From the NCBI GenBank assembly GCA_002269645.1, contig NIVC01002030.1, positions 223,389 to 287,388 on the forward strand: DNA of 64,000 bases, written 5' to 3'. The notes below the pieces were generated by a model that was given only the letters and a program-made list of their open reading frames with translations, was not told the DNA's origin and made no database searches. The position numbers and the translations under genes were made by a program. This DNA comes from Macrostomum lignano. Lineage: Eukaryota. Within the stretch, counting starts at the first letter, position 1. Each line of letters begins with the position of its first letter. Of the stretch, positions 52,758-64,000 are shown one piece after another.

Positions 52758-54617
52758 ATGGCTGCAGGGGACACTGTACCACAGACTGATAACAGTCAGT
52801 GCCCAGTGTCAATATCCACTATCAGTGTCAACAATGCTGCTATGCCATCAGCTGACTCGGCAGTGCAGCAGCAGACAGGCTATTACCTTTGGCACAGATT
52901 CTGTATATGCCTATTTGGATTGACTAGGCGCCGTATTCGCAATGAGAGCTTATTTGTGATGTCTCTGGTGCAGGCTCTGTGCGCCACAGCTGACCTTATT
53001 TTGTCTGCTGTAGCTGCCACCAGGTCTGTTTGGTTTGGCTTCTTTTATTTGTAAATTGTTCTCTTTGGTATTGTTTGATGCTCCTTGCACCTGATGTCTT
53101 CCTGCTTGTCTCTTGTCTTTCCTCTCCCTTCCCAATCTCATACCTCCCCCCTCTCGTGTATTGCCTCCCTCTTCTCTCCCTTCTCTTCTCCCTTACATTC
53201 TCTCTCCCCTTCTCTCTCTCCCCTCCTCTCCCTTCTCTCTCCCCTTCTCTCCCTCCTCTCCCCTTCTCTCTTCCCTCCTCTCCCTTCTCTCTCCCCTTCT
53301 CTCCCCTTCTCTCTCCCCTTCTCTCCCCTTCTCTCTCCCCTTCTCTCCCTCCTCTTCTCCCTTCTCTCTCCCCTTCTCTCTCCCCTTCTCTCTCCCCTTC
53401 TCTCTCCCCTTCTCTCTCCCCTTCTCTCTCCCCTTCTCTCTCCCCTTCTCTCTCCCCTTCTCTCTCCCTCCTCTCTCTTCTCTCTCCCCTTCTCTCTCCC
53501 CTTCTCTCTCCCCTTCTCTCTCCCTCCTCTCTCTTCTCTCTCCCCTTCTCTCTCCCCTTCTCTCTCCCCTTCTCTCTCCCTTCTCTCTCCCTTCTCTCTC
53601 CCCTTCTCTCTCCCCTTCTCTCTCCCTCCTCTCTCTTCTCTCTCCCCTTCTCTCTCCCCTTCTCTCCCTCCTCTTCTCTCTCCCCTTCTCTCTCCCTCCT
53701 CTCTCCCCTTCTCTCTCCCCTTCTCTCTCCCCTTCTCTCTCCCTCCTCTCTCTTCTCTCTCCCCTTCTCTCCCTCCTCTTCTCCCTTCTCTCCGCCATTA
53801 TCTTCCTCTTATTCTATCCCTCTCCATCTGTGTTGAGTACCGCCTCATATATTTAACCGCAACCAACTAAGGGATGGCTAATCTCCCACCCAGATCAAAG
53901 GAATCTGCCGGCAGCTGCGTATTCGCCAGACTAATAGCCGGAGCCGTAATTCTGACAGCCGCCTGTCACGGCATCGCCACCAGCCGGAGGAAACAGTTTG
54001 GCACTGTGCTGGGCCTGTTCGTACTGTGCCAGGCAGCCTGCTTAGCCAGCTTAATCCTTCTAAGCTGCAGCGGCATTGCTTTGCACGCCTATATTGTTGA
54101 AGCGCATCAGTATTTTAATGTGGCGCAATCTACTATTAGTAGTAGGCGATCTCCGCCAGATCTAGCCGATCTAATCACTAGCGGATTAGCTATGCTGTTA
54201 AGCCTAATGGAATTAGGCGTCGCTTTGTCCTGCTGTCTCGCCTGCGGCCGGCAGCTCAGGCCGAGAGATTCTCGAATTATGTTAGATCCGCGTGGAAACG
54301 GATTAATTGTGTCAGATTTTGGCAATCGAGATTTTATTGCTATTGCTACTACTGCCGCTAATAGTGCTACTAATAGTAGTAGAATTCGTAGCCGGTGCCC
54401 GCCGCCGCCGCCTCACTATGCGGCAGTCGGTACGCCGCCTCCGGCCTACAGCACCGTGGATCGAAGACGCTGGCGGCGGCATCGGCCTCATCAACCTGTC
54501 AGCGCTGATGCTTCGGTGTCGAACACGGCTTCAACAAGTTCCACTCTGGCCGATGATGGCGAGGCTGTGGTGGCAGCTTCAAATAATGAGGTGTCAAGTT
54601 GTGATAATCGAATTTAA
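52758..54617 (+). CDS. Unassigned four-TM membrane protein (CD20/MS4A/TMEM255-like topology) with PPxY motifs, 2 exons, about 329 aa
   Basis: Exon 1 52758-53023 (AG|GTCTGT) and exon 2 53894-54617 (cccag|A), phase 2, in frame. Four hydrophobic segments; cytoplasmic PPPPHY and PPPAY. Family assignment rests on topology only. Confidence 0.7.
53100..53790. repeat. 12-bp CT minisatellite tctctccccttc in the TM-gene intron
   Basis: Tandem copies visible directly. Confidence 0.95.
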
Positions 54618-55272
54618 CTAATCATTAAGTCTAAAAAATCCATTCCGAAGTTTCAAATTAAGTACTAATTATCTGGCGAGGCATTCGTTCTTCGAAATGC
54701 AGTATAATTTACTCCGGCCTGTTACCAACAGGGCATAGATCACAGATGCTAGAATGACTAGATGGGCCACCCAGCGCATTTGCGTACAAGCTACTTTCAG
54801 TTCAGTAGTAAGTAAACAGAAGTATTTTAATTTTTTTAAACGTAAGGCTCATTAATTGGCTCTTACCTCCCAGCTTAAGCGTTCCAACTGCGCCTTTCCA
54901 CACTACCCCCTCCGCCCGCCCCAATTTTTATTGCCTTTCTCGGAATTCCAGCTTAAAGCTGCCATGTACATTCAGTGGACTGGCTAATGTACATTATTGC
55001 TGAACCAATTAGCAAGTTGTTTACGCCTGCAAGCTTGGCCTTCTAAACTTATCAAATTCATTTCAGCTGCCTTATTATTATAAAATAGCTTATGCATTCT
55101 TCTTTGCTACTGAACTGAAAGTAGAAAGCTGTTTTGCTAAATATAAATGCCCTGAGTGGCCCATCTAGCTATTCTAGTATCTGTGGCATAGATTGTGTTT
55201 GAATACTACATTTGAATACTACACTACGTGTATAGTCGCTATTGTTAGCATCCTAAAGGAAGAACTCAACTA

Positions 55273-55490
55273 TAGTATTAGTGGTCAGAGCGTCGGACTC
55301 ATGACTGAAACGTCGGGGGTTCGATTCCCGATCCCACTCGGAACAATTTGTGTCCTTGAGCAAGAAACTTAACACTGCATTGGTTCAGTTCTCACCCGGC
55401 TGTAAAATGGGTGCCAGCATTAGCTGGGGAATTGAGGGTGTGGGGCGACCATTAAGGCAGGTGTAATCAGTTCCTATCCAGCCTAGGATA
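55273..55490 (+). mobile_element. tRNA-derived CORE-like SINE, copy 2
   Basis: tagtggtcagagcgtcggactcatgact...ggttcgattccc, then gtgtccttgagcaagaaacttaac...ctgtaaaatggg...cagcattagctgggg...caggtgtaatca. Colinear with copy 1 but lacks an internal segment. Confidence 0.85.
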
Positions 55491-56424
55491 CTCGTGTCGG
55501 CATCCCCTGTGAGCTTTGGCATCAAAGCCTCTCTTTAAGCCATGGCTTTACTCGAACTCTGATGCTTGGCACAGTTCGGTTATATAATAGGCTAAGTATT
55601 ACAGAATTAGTTTGGCCGGTTAAATCAGACTTTCCAGCTCGTCAGACTTCGAGTATTAATGCATATTATAGTCAGACAGTAATCCAGTATTAAAATGAGT
55701 ATTGTTAGTATGCTTTGCCTAATAAATTAGTTTTTTATCATTCCTATTCTATACGCTTCAGCAACTATTAGCAGGTATAATTTCAAGTGACGGCCAAGAT
55801 ATATTAACTACCTGGAACAAACAATTCCATTTATTCACATTTACAATGCAGCAGATTCTTTTTACTTTGGAATTATTTTCTAAAACTTGGATAAAAATCG
55901 CTTCAAGCTTTCTGATTGAGTAGTATAGTTTGAAAATGTAGGTTATTTAGTATAAATTTGTAATTTTTAAAGCTATTTACCGCACAATGCAATGCAGAAT
56001 TTTTCTATGCAGGATTTAAATGAATTATTTTTCTCTGTCCAACATTCAGTAACTTATTTTTCAAACGTGCTTTCTTCCCAGTCTATATATATTTTTAGTC
56101 CCAAAAATATGCTTACTTTAAGTATAAGACAGATATCATTGTGATTGATACAGAAATCTGTTGATTAATTACTTAGGTTTGTTAAAATTTTATATCGTTT
56201 AATAAGTTTCACATTTGACTTTTTATTTGTTAGTTTTTTATTCCACATATACTCAGTTGATTTAATAACTTTATTGTGCAATGTTACCAGCTGTTTTTCT
56301 CATTTTAAGCGTCAATTAAAAAAAACGGAAGTTATAATTTAATATTCTATGAAATTTTCCGTTTTTACAAACTTATTTTTACAAAAATTACAAGCTAGAC
56401 AGGTGATACAGTATCTAAAAATGC

Positions 56425-57385
56425 GTGAGTGGTCTGATTGGGTGTGAGGTGTTCTGATTGGTTGTAAGGGGTTGTGGTTCAGTTTAAGTGCTTCTGATTG
56501 GCCGCGAGGGTTCTAATTAAATGGGAGGGGTTTCTGATTGGATATGAGGGGTTCTGATTTGGTGTGAGGGGTTCTGATTGGATATAAAGTTGTCTGATTG
56601 GATATGAGGGGTTCTGATTTGGTGTGAGGGGTTCTGATTAGATATAAAGTTGTCTGATTGGATATAAAGTTGTCTGATTGGATATGAGGGGTTCTGATTT
56701 GGTGTGAGGGGTTCTGATTGGATATGAAGGGTTCTGATTGGATGTGAGGCGTTTCGATTGGGTTTGAGGGGTTCCGATTGAATGTAAGGGTTTCTGATTG
56801 AATTTGAAGGGTTCTGATTGGGTGTGAGGTGTGAGGGGTTCTGAATGGGTATGGGTTTCCGATTGAATGTGAGGGGTTCTGATTGGGTATAAGGGGTTCT
56901 GATTGAATGTGAGGGGTTCTGATTGGATGTGAGGGGTTCTGATTGGATGTGAGGGATTCTGATTGGATATGAGGGGTTCTGATTGCGTATAAGGGGTTCT
57001 GATTGAATGTGAGGGGTTCTGATTGGATGTGAGGGGTTCTGATTGGATGTGAGGGATTCTGATTGGATGTGAGGGATTCTGATTGACTGTGAGGTTCTGA
57101 TTGGATATGAGGGGTTCTGATTGGATGTGAGGGGTTCTGATTGGATGTGAGGGGTTCTGGTTGAATGTGAGGGGTTCTGATTGGATGTGAGGTTCTGATT
57201 GGATGCGAGGGGTTCTGATTGGATATGAGGGGTTCTGATTGAATGTGAGGTTCTGATTGGATGTGAGGGGTTCTGATTGGATGTGAGGCGTTTCGATTGG
57301 ATATGAGGGGTTCTGATTTGGTTTGAGGCGTTTCGATTAGATATGAAGGGTTCTGATTGGATGTGAGAGGCTCTGATTTGATTTG
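56425..57385. repeat. 20-bp minisatellite gaggggttctgattggatgt
   Basis: Tandem copies; most contain ctgattgg or ctgattga. Confidence 0.96.
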
Positions 57386-57509
57386 ATGTTTCTCACAATG
57401 CTGCGTACAGAATATTAATTGTAAGCATAGGTATTCGAATTTCCTAAATTCCTTGAATCCGAAGGCATTAAAATTTACGCTCGTATTAATGCATGCCAAA
57501 TCTGCCGCC

Positions 57510-60500
57510 ATGTTTTGGCAAATGCCCTGCATGCTGTCCAACATTGACACGGTGTTGGAAAAATCTGATGTACAACTAGCCGAAGTGCTGGACGATGAGA
57601 GCGTCATTCAGGAGTGCAAGTCTCAGAACTCTAAACTATTAACCTACCTGTGCGGTGAGGCAGTGATGGAGCAGATGATTTCTATCATTGTCTCGGAGCC
57701 TGACTGCGCCTTGTCAGACAAGGTGCGCTATCGTCATCCGAATGTGTGCTGCGAACTGCTTACCTGCGATATTGAGTCGCTTAATGATGCTCTGGTTGAT
57801 GGAGATCGGCATCTGGATCGGTTGTGCGAATATTTGCAATCAGATCTGCCGCTTAATCCTTTGACAGCCAGTTTCGTGTCTAAGGTAATCAATCTTAATA
57901 ATTGTATGTTTATTAGGTGGCGAAGCATCTTTGTCATAGATACTCTCCCGTTTACCCTGTGTTAAAGCCACTAATTTGAAGGCACTAAAAAGATAAGACA
58001 GATAGTCAAGGAACGTTAAAACAGATAAGTAAAGGAATATTGGACAGCTGAGAGAAAGGAGATTAGACAGCTGAGTAAAAGGAGAATCGACAAGCGAGTG
58101 AATGGAGATTAGACAGGTGAGTGAAGGAAGCTTAGACAGGCGAGTGAAGGGAGATTAGACAGGTGAGTGAAGGGAGATTAGACAGGTGAGTGAAGGGAGA
58201 TTAGACAGGCGAGTGAAGGGAGATTGGACAGCTGAGTGAAGGGAGATTAGACAGGTGAGTGAAGGGAGATTAGACAGGTAAGTGAAGGAAGCTTAGACAG
58301 GCGAGTGAATGGAGATTAGACAGATTAATGAAGGGAGTTTCGGCAGGCTGTCAACCCAATCGGACACAGCAATATTGATTTTAGACCTGCCTATACAAAT
58401 AAATAGGTGCAATAACTACTTGATTATGACAAATTCCTCAGGTGCTGCAGTTGCTGGCCAGGCGCAAGAGCAAGCGCCTACTGGCCTATTGGAAAGCGCT
58501 GCCCAACGGTAAATTCGTAGCCAAATTAGTGAGCCACACGGCCACTGCAGCTGTAGTTGACCTCCTGCTAGCTATAGTCACTATGCGAGATGAAGAAGAT
58601 TCAACAGGTGCGGTAGCGGCCAGCGCCTCGGCATCGGAGATCAGCGCCGAGGCCAGCGATTGGCTGATCAGATCCGGCCTGGTTGATCGCCTTCTTGACG
58701 CGTTGACTGGCTCGGACGCTTCGGAAGAGCGGCGTTACAATGCCGCGGATTGCATCTGCAGTATGCTGGCCTATTGTCGTGAGCAGGCTTCTCAGCTGGT
58801 ACAGGTGAGTGAAGTACCTGAGTGATGAGGGAGGGATGCTGTGAGCCAGTGTGAAGTACCTGAGTGACGAGGGAGGGATGCTGTGAGCCAGTGTGAAGTA
58901 CCTGAGTGACGAGGGAGGGATGCTGTGAGCCAGTGTGAAGTACCTGAGTGATGAGGGAGGACAGCTGTGAGCCAGTTTGAAGTACCTGCCCCACCCGCTG
59001 GTTCTCAGCCGTGAAGGTGAACTCAAAGTCCAATTAATCCAAAACACCAGGAGAAATCAGACACGGAAGCAGCCAAGAGCGGCCACGGACTGCTGGACCT
59101 CCTGGAGAGTCGCCAAACGACCGACCGCCTGCTGTTAGCCCTGCTGAAGCCGGACACTCGAGCTGAGGAGTCCTTGACCGTGGCGTCGCTGCAAGTTGTT
59201 CTGGCTCTGCTAGACGATCCGGACTTTGTCGGCAGCGGTAGCGGCAGCGGTGGTGACTCTGAAGCCCTGTTAGCGCCAGAATTGGATGGCGATCGAATGG
59301 GTGCGGGTGCAGCAGCTGAAGCGTTCGGCAGCTCGAAGCAGGCCTCGACCTCGCCGCAGCAACAGAAGCAGCAGCAGCACAGGCTGAGTCCTGAGCGGCT
59401 GTCCATTGTTGCAGAATCTGCTATCTCGGCTCTGCTGGATAGCAACAGACTGGCGGCTCTGCTTGAACTGCTGGAGTCGCCGCCAGTGTCGCAGCGTTGG
59501 CCGAAGATGCCGCACACGGCGGGGCCGCCACTTGAACCGCCGGTTGGTCGGCCGCGCCTCCTGATTGGCCGCCTGCTGCTCCGTCTGGTGCAGCTGCTGC
59601 TGCTGCAGCCTGCAGCTACTGATAGTAGTAGTAGTAGCGGCATTCTGTCTGGCAGTGTGGCAGCCAGTTTAACTGACACCATGTTAGCCCATTCAGCTCT
59701 GCCTCGGCTGATGAATCTGGCATTGGCCTATCCTTGGTGCAGCTTTCTTCATCTTGTGACCGAGCGCTGCTGCTCAAGCGTGTTGAACTCCACTCCGGTT
59801 TGTTTTATCGATTCGAATTCGCCTCAGCTACGCTTGGCTCGTCAGTTATTGATAGAAGCTCGGCTGCCTGATAGGCTGATTGACGCGATTAGCCGATTCT
59901 CCAGAAACGGCGTGCCTGGATACCGAGGGCACCTAGTCCGGCTGGCCAACTGCATCAATAACAATTGCTGTCTGTCCAATTGGGCTACAGAATTGGGCGA
60001 TCAACAATTATCAGACGATTGGCAAGCATTTGTTGACGGCGATTTAGCCAAATTAAATAGCCTAGCAACTGCGACTGTTGCTAATAACTCAACTGCCGCC
60101 GCAGCAGCAGCAGCGATACTTGGCGCTCCGCCTGGCGCCGTGGCGCCGCCGCCGTCTCTCAATTTGACTCGGCCAGTTGGTAGCGACAGTTTCAATAAAT
60201 CATGCCTGAGCAAGAACGACCCCGAGAATGACGACGAAATCGATGAGATTGACAGCGGAGACGATGATGATGATGCTGATGAGGATGCTGGAATCGGGCC
60301 GGCTTTTATTGTCTCCGGCTCGGCTAGGCGTCGTCAGGAAATGCAAAAGCAACAACAACAACAGGAACAGGAGGCTCCTTTTGCTGCTTTTGCTACGGCC
60401 CAGCCTGCTGCAGCTACCGATTGGGCAGACTTCAGCTCGTTTGAGCAGTCGGCTGCTGGATTTAGCGCCACTACTACTGCTGATGTGACCGCCAGTACTA

Positions 60501-60652
60501 CTGCCAGTGGTAGTAACGAAGGCTGGGCAGATTTCAGCTCATTTGAGCAGTCTGCCGTAGTTAATGCCACTGCTACTGCTGATGAGACTGTTAGTACTAC
60601 TGCCGATAGTAGTAACGAAGGCTGGGCGGATTTTAGCCAGTTGAATCAGTGA
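57510..60652 (+). CDS. PPP6R: Protein phosphatase 6 regulatory subunit (SAPS domain, PPP6R1-3 family), 3 exons, about 779 aa
   Basis: Exons 57510-57884 (AAG|GTAATC), 58442-58804 (CAG|GTGAGT), 59051-60652 (acceptor least certain). MFW...IDTVLEK.DV.LAEVLDDESVIQECKSQNSKLLTYL, LNPLTASFVSKV, GPPLEPPVGRPRL, YPWCSFLH, GYRGHLVRLAN, WQAFV, then an acidic tail. Confidence 0.94.
58050..58340 (+). repeat. 23-bp minisatellite gggagattagacaggtgagtgaa in PPP6R intron 1
   Basis: Tandem copies; same family inverted at 62015-62215. Confidence 0.92.
58808..58990. repeat. 42-bp repeat, about 4 copies, in PPP6R intron 2
   Basis: gtgaagtacctgagtga(c/t)gagggagggatgctgtgagccagt; 14-aa periodic spurious ORF. Confidence 0.95.
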
Positions 60653-61045
60653 CAATGGCATCGACGTATCTATACTTATTGATCTTTCGGTTCTAATATT
60701 ATCGATCGATTTTTTAAAATACAAAAAATGAGCCAGTTTTGAGAGTGAGAAACATTCCGTGTGGTACTTTGCTACTTGTGTGAAAATCTTTCAAAATCAT
60801 TGTTTTTGGAGGCCATTTTTCGGCAGAGATACTGGAATAGCGAAATTATGTGACTCACAGTTTAATTAGTAAAAAAGTAAAGCATCTACTCTTTTTCAGT
60901 AGTTTTTCTGCGCAGTGTCACTTAAACTTAATATGGCAGCTGAAATTCCTTGCCTTCCACGGGGCTTGCGGCCTCAGGAGTATAATAAGGGTTAAAGACA
61001 ATAAACAATGGTATCTTATTCGATGTACACAAGTGAAAGCAAGCG

Positions 61046-61366
61046 GGACGAAACTCAGCCTAGAAGGCAGGTCTAATCTGGCTCAGCCAATGAGAGAGCA
61101 GTAAGGAGAGAGATCAAAGTCAGACGGACGAAACTCAGCCTAGGGAGCAGGCCCAATCTGGCTCAGCCAATGAGAGAGCAGTAAGGAGAGAGATCAAAGT
61201 CAGACGGACGAAACTCAGCCTAGGGAGCAGGCCCAATCTGGCTCAGCCAATGAGAGAGCAGTAAGGAGAGAGGTCAAAGTCAGACGGACGAAACTCAGCC
61301 TAGGGAGCAGGCCCAATCTGGCTCAGCCAATGAGAGAGCAGTAAGGAGAGAGGTCAAAGTCAGACA
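61046..61366. repeat. 80-bp tandem repeat, 4 copies
   Basis: gacgaaactcagcc recurs at 61047, 61127, 61207 and 61287. Confidence 0.95.
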
Positions 61367-62014
61367 CAAACGGACAATTGGAAAGCCAAACTGTTTTGGG
61401 GCTGGGGCGCCACCCCTTTTCTCTCTTGCTTGCCAAGCATACGAGCAATAATATGCATAATATCAAGTCTAGAGTCGGTAAAACAGTAAAAATGCTGAAG
61501 GCAAAAAACGCTAATTTTTCTACTATTAAAAGAGTAGGTGAGAGCGCGAGTGACATCTAGTTATTCTGGTATCTTGGTTCAAACCCGATATTAAAGAAAT
61601 CAGAAGTTCGGACAACGTTCTAGTTTAGTTTAGTTGCTAGGGAAGGAGGCAAACTCTGGGCGCTTCTGCAAGTCCAAGATGACAGTCAACGCGCACCCAG
61701 GGCAGAGGCAAGCAGTCATTGCCCATTTAGCTGTGACTCCTTGTACTTTAGTTATCCATGACTGAAATAAAATCTCTTGACGAAGAGATTCCTAATCTCC
61801 TTTAATCTCCGGCCTCAGTATTTTTTAGTTTTTTTAAACTATTCCAAAACTAGTAGAGCTTAAGCTTATAGGATAAGAATTATATATAAATTATCCAACT
61901 ATTATTAAACTGATTTAATTGTTGCTATATCTAATTTCCTTGGAGAATTTTCAACTTAGAATAAACTCTGCTTTTTCTGGAACACTTTAATATTTTTGTT
62001 TTTTACACTAATTA

Positions 62015-62215
62015 TCTCCCTTCACCCACCTGTCTAATCTCGCTACACTCGCCTATCTAATCTCCCTTCACCCACCTGTCTAATCTTCCTCCACTCACCT
62101 GTCCAATCTCCCTTCACTCACCTGTCTAATCTCCCTTCACTCACCTGTCTAATCTCCCTTCACACACCTGTCCAATCTCCCTTCACTCACCTGTCTAATC
62201 CCCTTCACACACCTG
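62015..62215 (-). repeat. Inverted copy of the 23-bp gggagattagacaggtgagtgaa array
   Basis: Plus strand reads ctcccttcactcacctgtctaat. Confidence 0.9.
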
Positions 62216-62604
62216 GTTTATTCAGTCAATTTTTATTAGTGGTAGTGAATTATGATTATAGTTTTACTGTCAAAATAATATTATTTCAGAGACATATTCT
62301 ATTGTTGAAATTTGCTAATTGTCAGTTGCAGTGTTTCGCTATTTAAATTTGTCATTTTTTCAGCGCTATGCTTTGTTTATTTCTTGCACTTTAAAATATT
62401 TTTACTCTAATTTTGACAGTTTAATCTGTGTTCGAAATTTGTTTAGCTTAAGTGAAATTCACACGTTTTAACAGATGTATTCCATCTTGCACCGTAACCG
62501 AGGTTAATACGATACTTTTTGCCGAATTGTCATTGCTGGTAACTATTCATCTGATTTATGTTATGCATAATATTCTTCGAAATTTGATTTATTAAAAGTG
62601 ATTA

Positions 62605-63600
62605 CTCTGATGACCCTGACACCACTCTAATGACCCTGACACCACCCTGATGACCCTGACACCACTCTGATGACCCTGACACCACTCTAGTGACCCTGAC
62701 ACCACCCTGATGACCCTGACACCACTCTGATGACCCTGACACCACTCTAGTGACCCTGACACCACTCTAGTGACCCTGACACCACCCTGATGACCCTGAC
62801 ACCACTCTGATGACCCTGACACCACTCTAGTGACCCTGACACCACTCTAGTGACCCTGACACCACTCTGATGACCCTGACACCACTCTGATAACCCTGAC
62901 ACCACTCTAGTGACCCTGACACCACCCTGATGACCCTGACACCACTCTGATGACCCTGACACCACTCTAGTGACCCTGACACCACTCTAGTGACCCTGAC
63001 ACCACTCTGATGACCCTGACACCACTCTGATGACCCTGACACCACTCTGATGACCCTGACACCACTCTAGTGACCCTGACACCACTCTGATGACCCTGAC
63101 ACCACTCTAGTGACCCTGACACCACTCTAGTGACCCTGACACCACCCTGATGACCCTGACACCACTCTGATGACCCTGACACCACTCTAGTGACCCTGAC
63201 ACCACTCTAGTGACCCTGACACCACTCTGATGACCCTGACACCACTCTGATGACCCTGACACCACTCTGATGACCCTGACACCACTCTAGTGACCCTGAC
63301 ACCACTCTGATGACCCTGACACCACTCTAGTGACCCTGACACCACTCTAGTGACCCTGACACCACCCTGATGACACTGACACCACTCTGATGACCCAGAC
63401 ACCACTCTGATGACCCTGACACCACTCTGATGACCCTGACACCACTCTGATGACCCTGACACCACTCTGATGACACTGACACCACCCTGATGACACTGAC
63501 ACCACCCTGATGACACTGACACCACCCTGATGACACTGACACCACCCTGATGACACTGACACCACTCTGATGACCCAGACACCACTCTGATGACCCAGTT
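62605..63600. repeat. 20-bp minisatellite tgaccctgacaccactct(ga/ag)
   Basis: About 50 copies in register. Confidence 0.98.
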
Positions 63601-64000
63601 AACATCTTTCAAGGCAAGTATTTGCACCTGTTTCAAAGTCTAATCTTGTTTTCACTGTCTGTGTGCATAGTAACTGGAAAATTCGGACAAATTAAAAGTT
63701 ATAAACCTGTAAAAAAGACAATATTTCTAACATGATTTTGTTTATCTGCTATCCGCAAATCATCATATTTATATAATAATTGCAGTCTGTCTTGATGCGT
63801 TGTCCTGCAAATTATAATACATAATTTATTACATTATAAAATTTCATTTTATCTCTAATTGTCCTTTAAATGATTAAATATACATATATATCACAGAGTC
63901 AGATGCACTTTAAGCTACGCTTTATATCTTAGCTCATGTCTGTCATGTTTTGTGTAAATAGCCTTTGCTACTGCCTTATTACATGTTTTTTTTTTACTTT

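Noticed and set aside
55273-55345. Possible tRNA gene (also 42920-42981)
   Set aside because: A and B boxes are present but the acceptor stem is poor, and the sequence runs into a shared SINE body.

Overview
Eukaryotic (animal) genomic DNA with GT-AG introns; no prokaryotic features or CRISPR arrays. The intron-embedded minisatellites, poly-Gln/Ala tracts and base composition resemble a free-living flatworm such as Macrostomum, but that is my inference only. Seven host genes can be assembled exon by exon. Minus strand: cdc25 (apparent 1-nt frameshift just upstream of the catalytic loop), a DAZAP1/Musashi-type two-RRM protein, SRP19, LIX1/lowfat and SIL1. Plus strand: an unassigned four-TM, PPxY-bearing protein and a PPP6R/SAPS subunit. 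Mobile DNA: a decayed Ty3/Gypsy gag-pol at the left edge, a LINE 3' tail, two copies of a tRNA-headed CORE-like SINE, a 2.7-kb Mutator-like element with a spliced PHD-finger/truncated-transposase ORF inserted into the head of one SINE, and a 1.3-kb decayed mariner. There are about 30 tandem arrays, and 10 of 11 host introns hold their own. The least-explained signals: unit lengths cluster near multiples of the DNA helical repeat (11, 20-21, 31-33, 42 bp); a family of GGCGCC/TTTTGGCGCC (E2F-like) arrays, including a 6.1-kb indel-free higher-order satellite, lies upstream of cdc25; a CCAAT/Y-box array abuts PPP6R; and a splice-donor-containing array recurs in inverted orientation around PPP6R. 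Exon boundaries are manual predictions; array boundaries are approximate.
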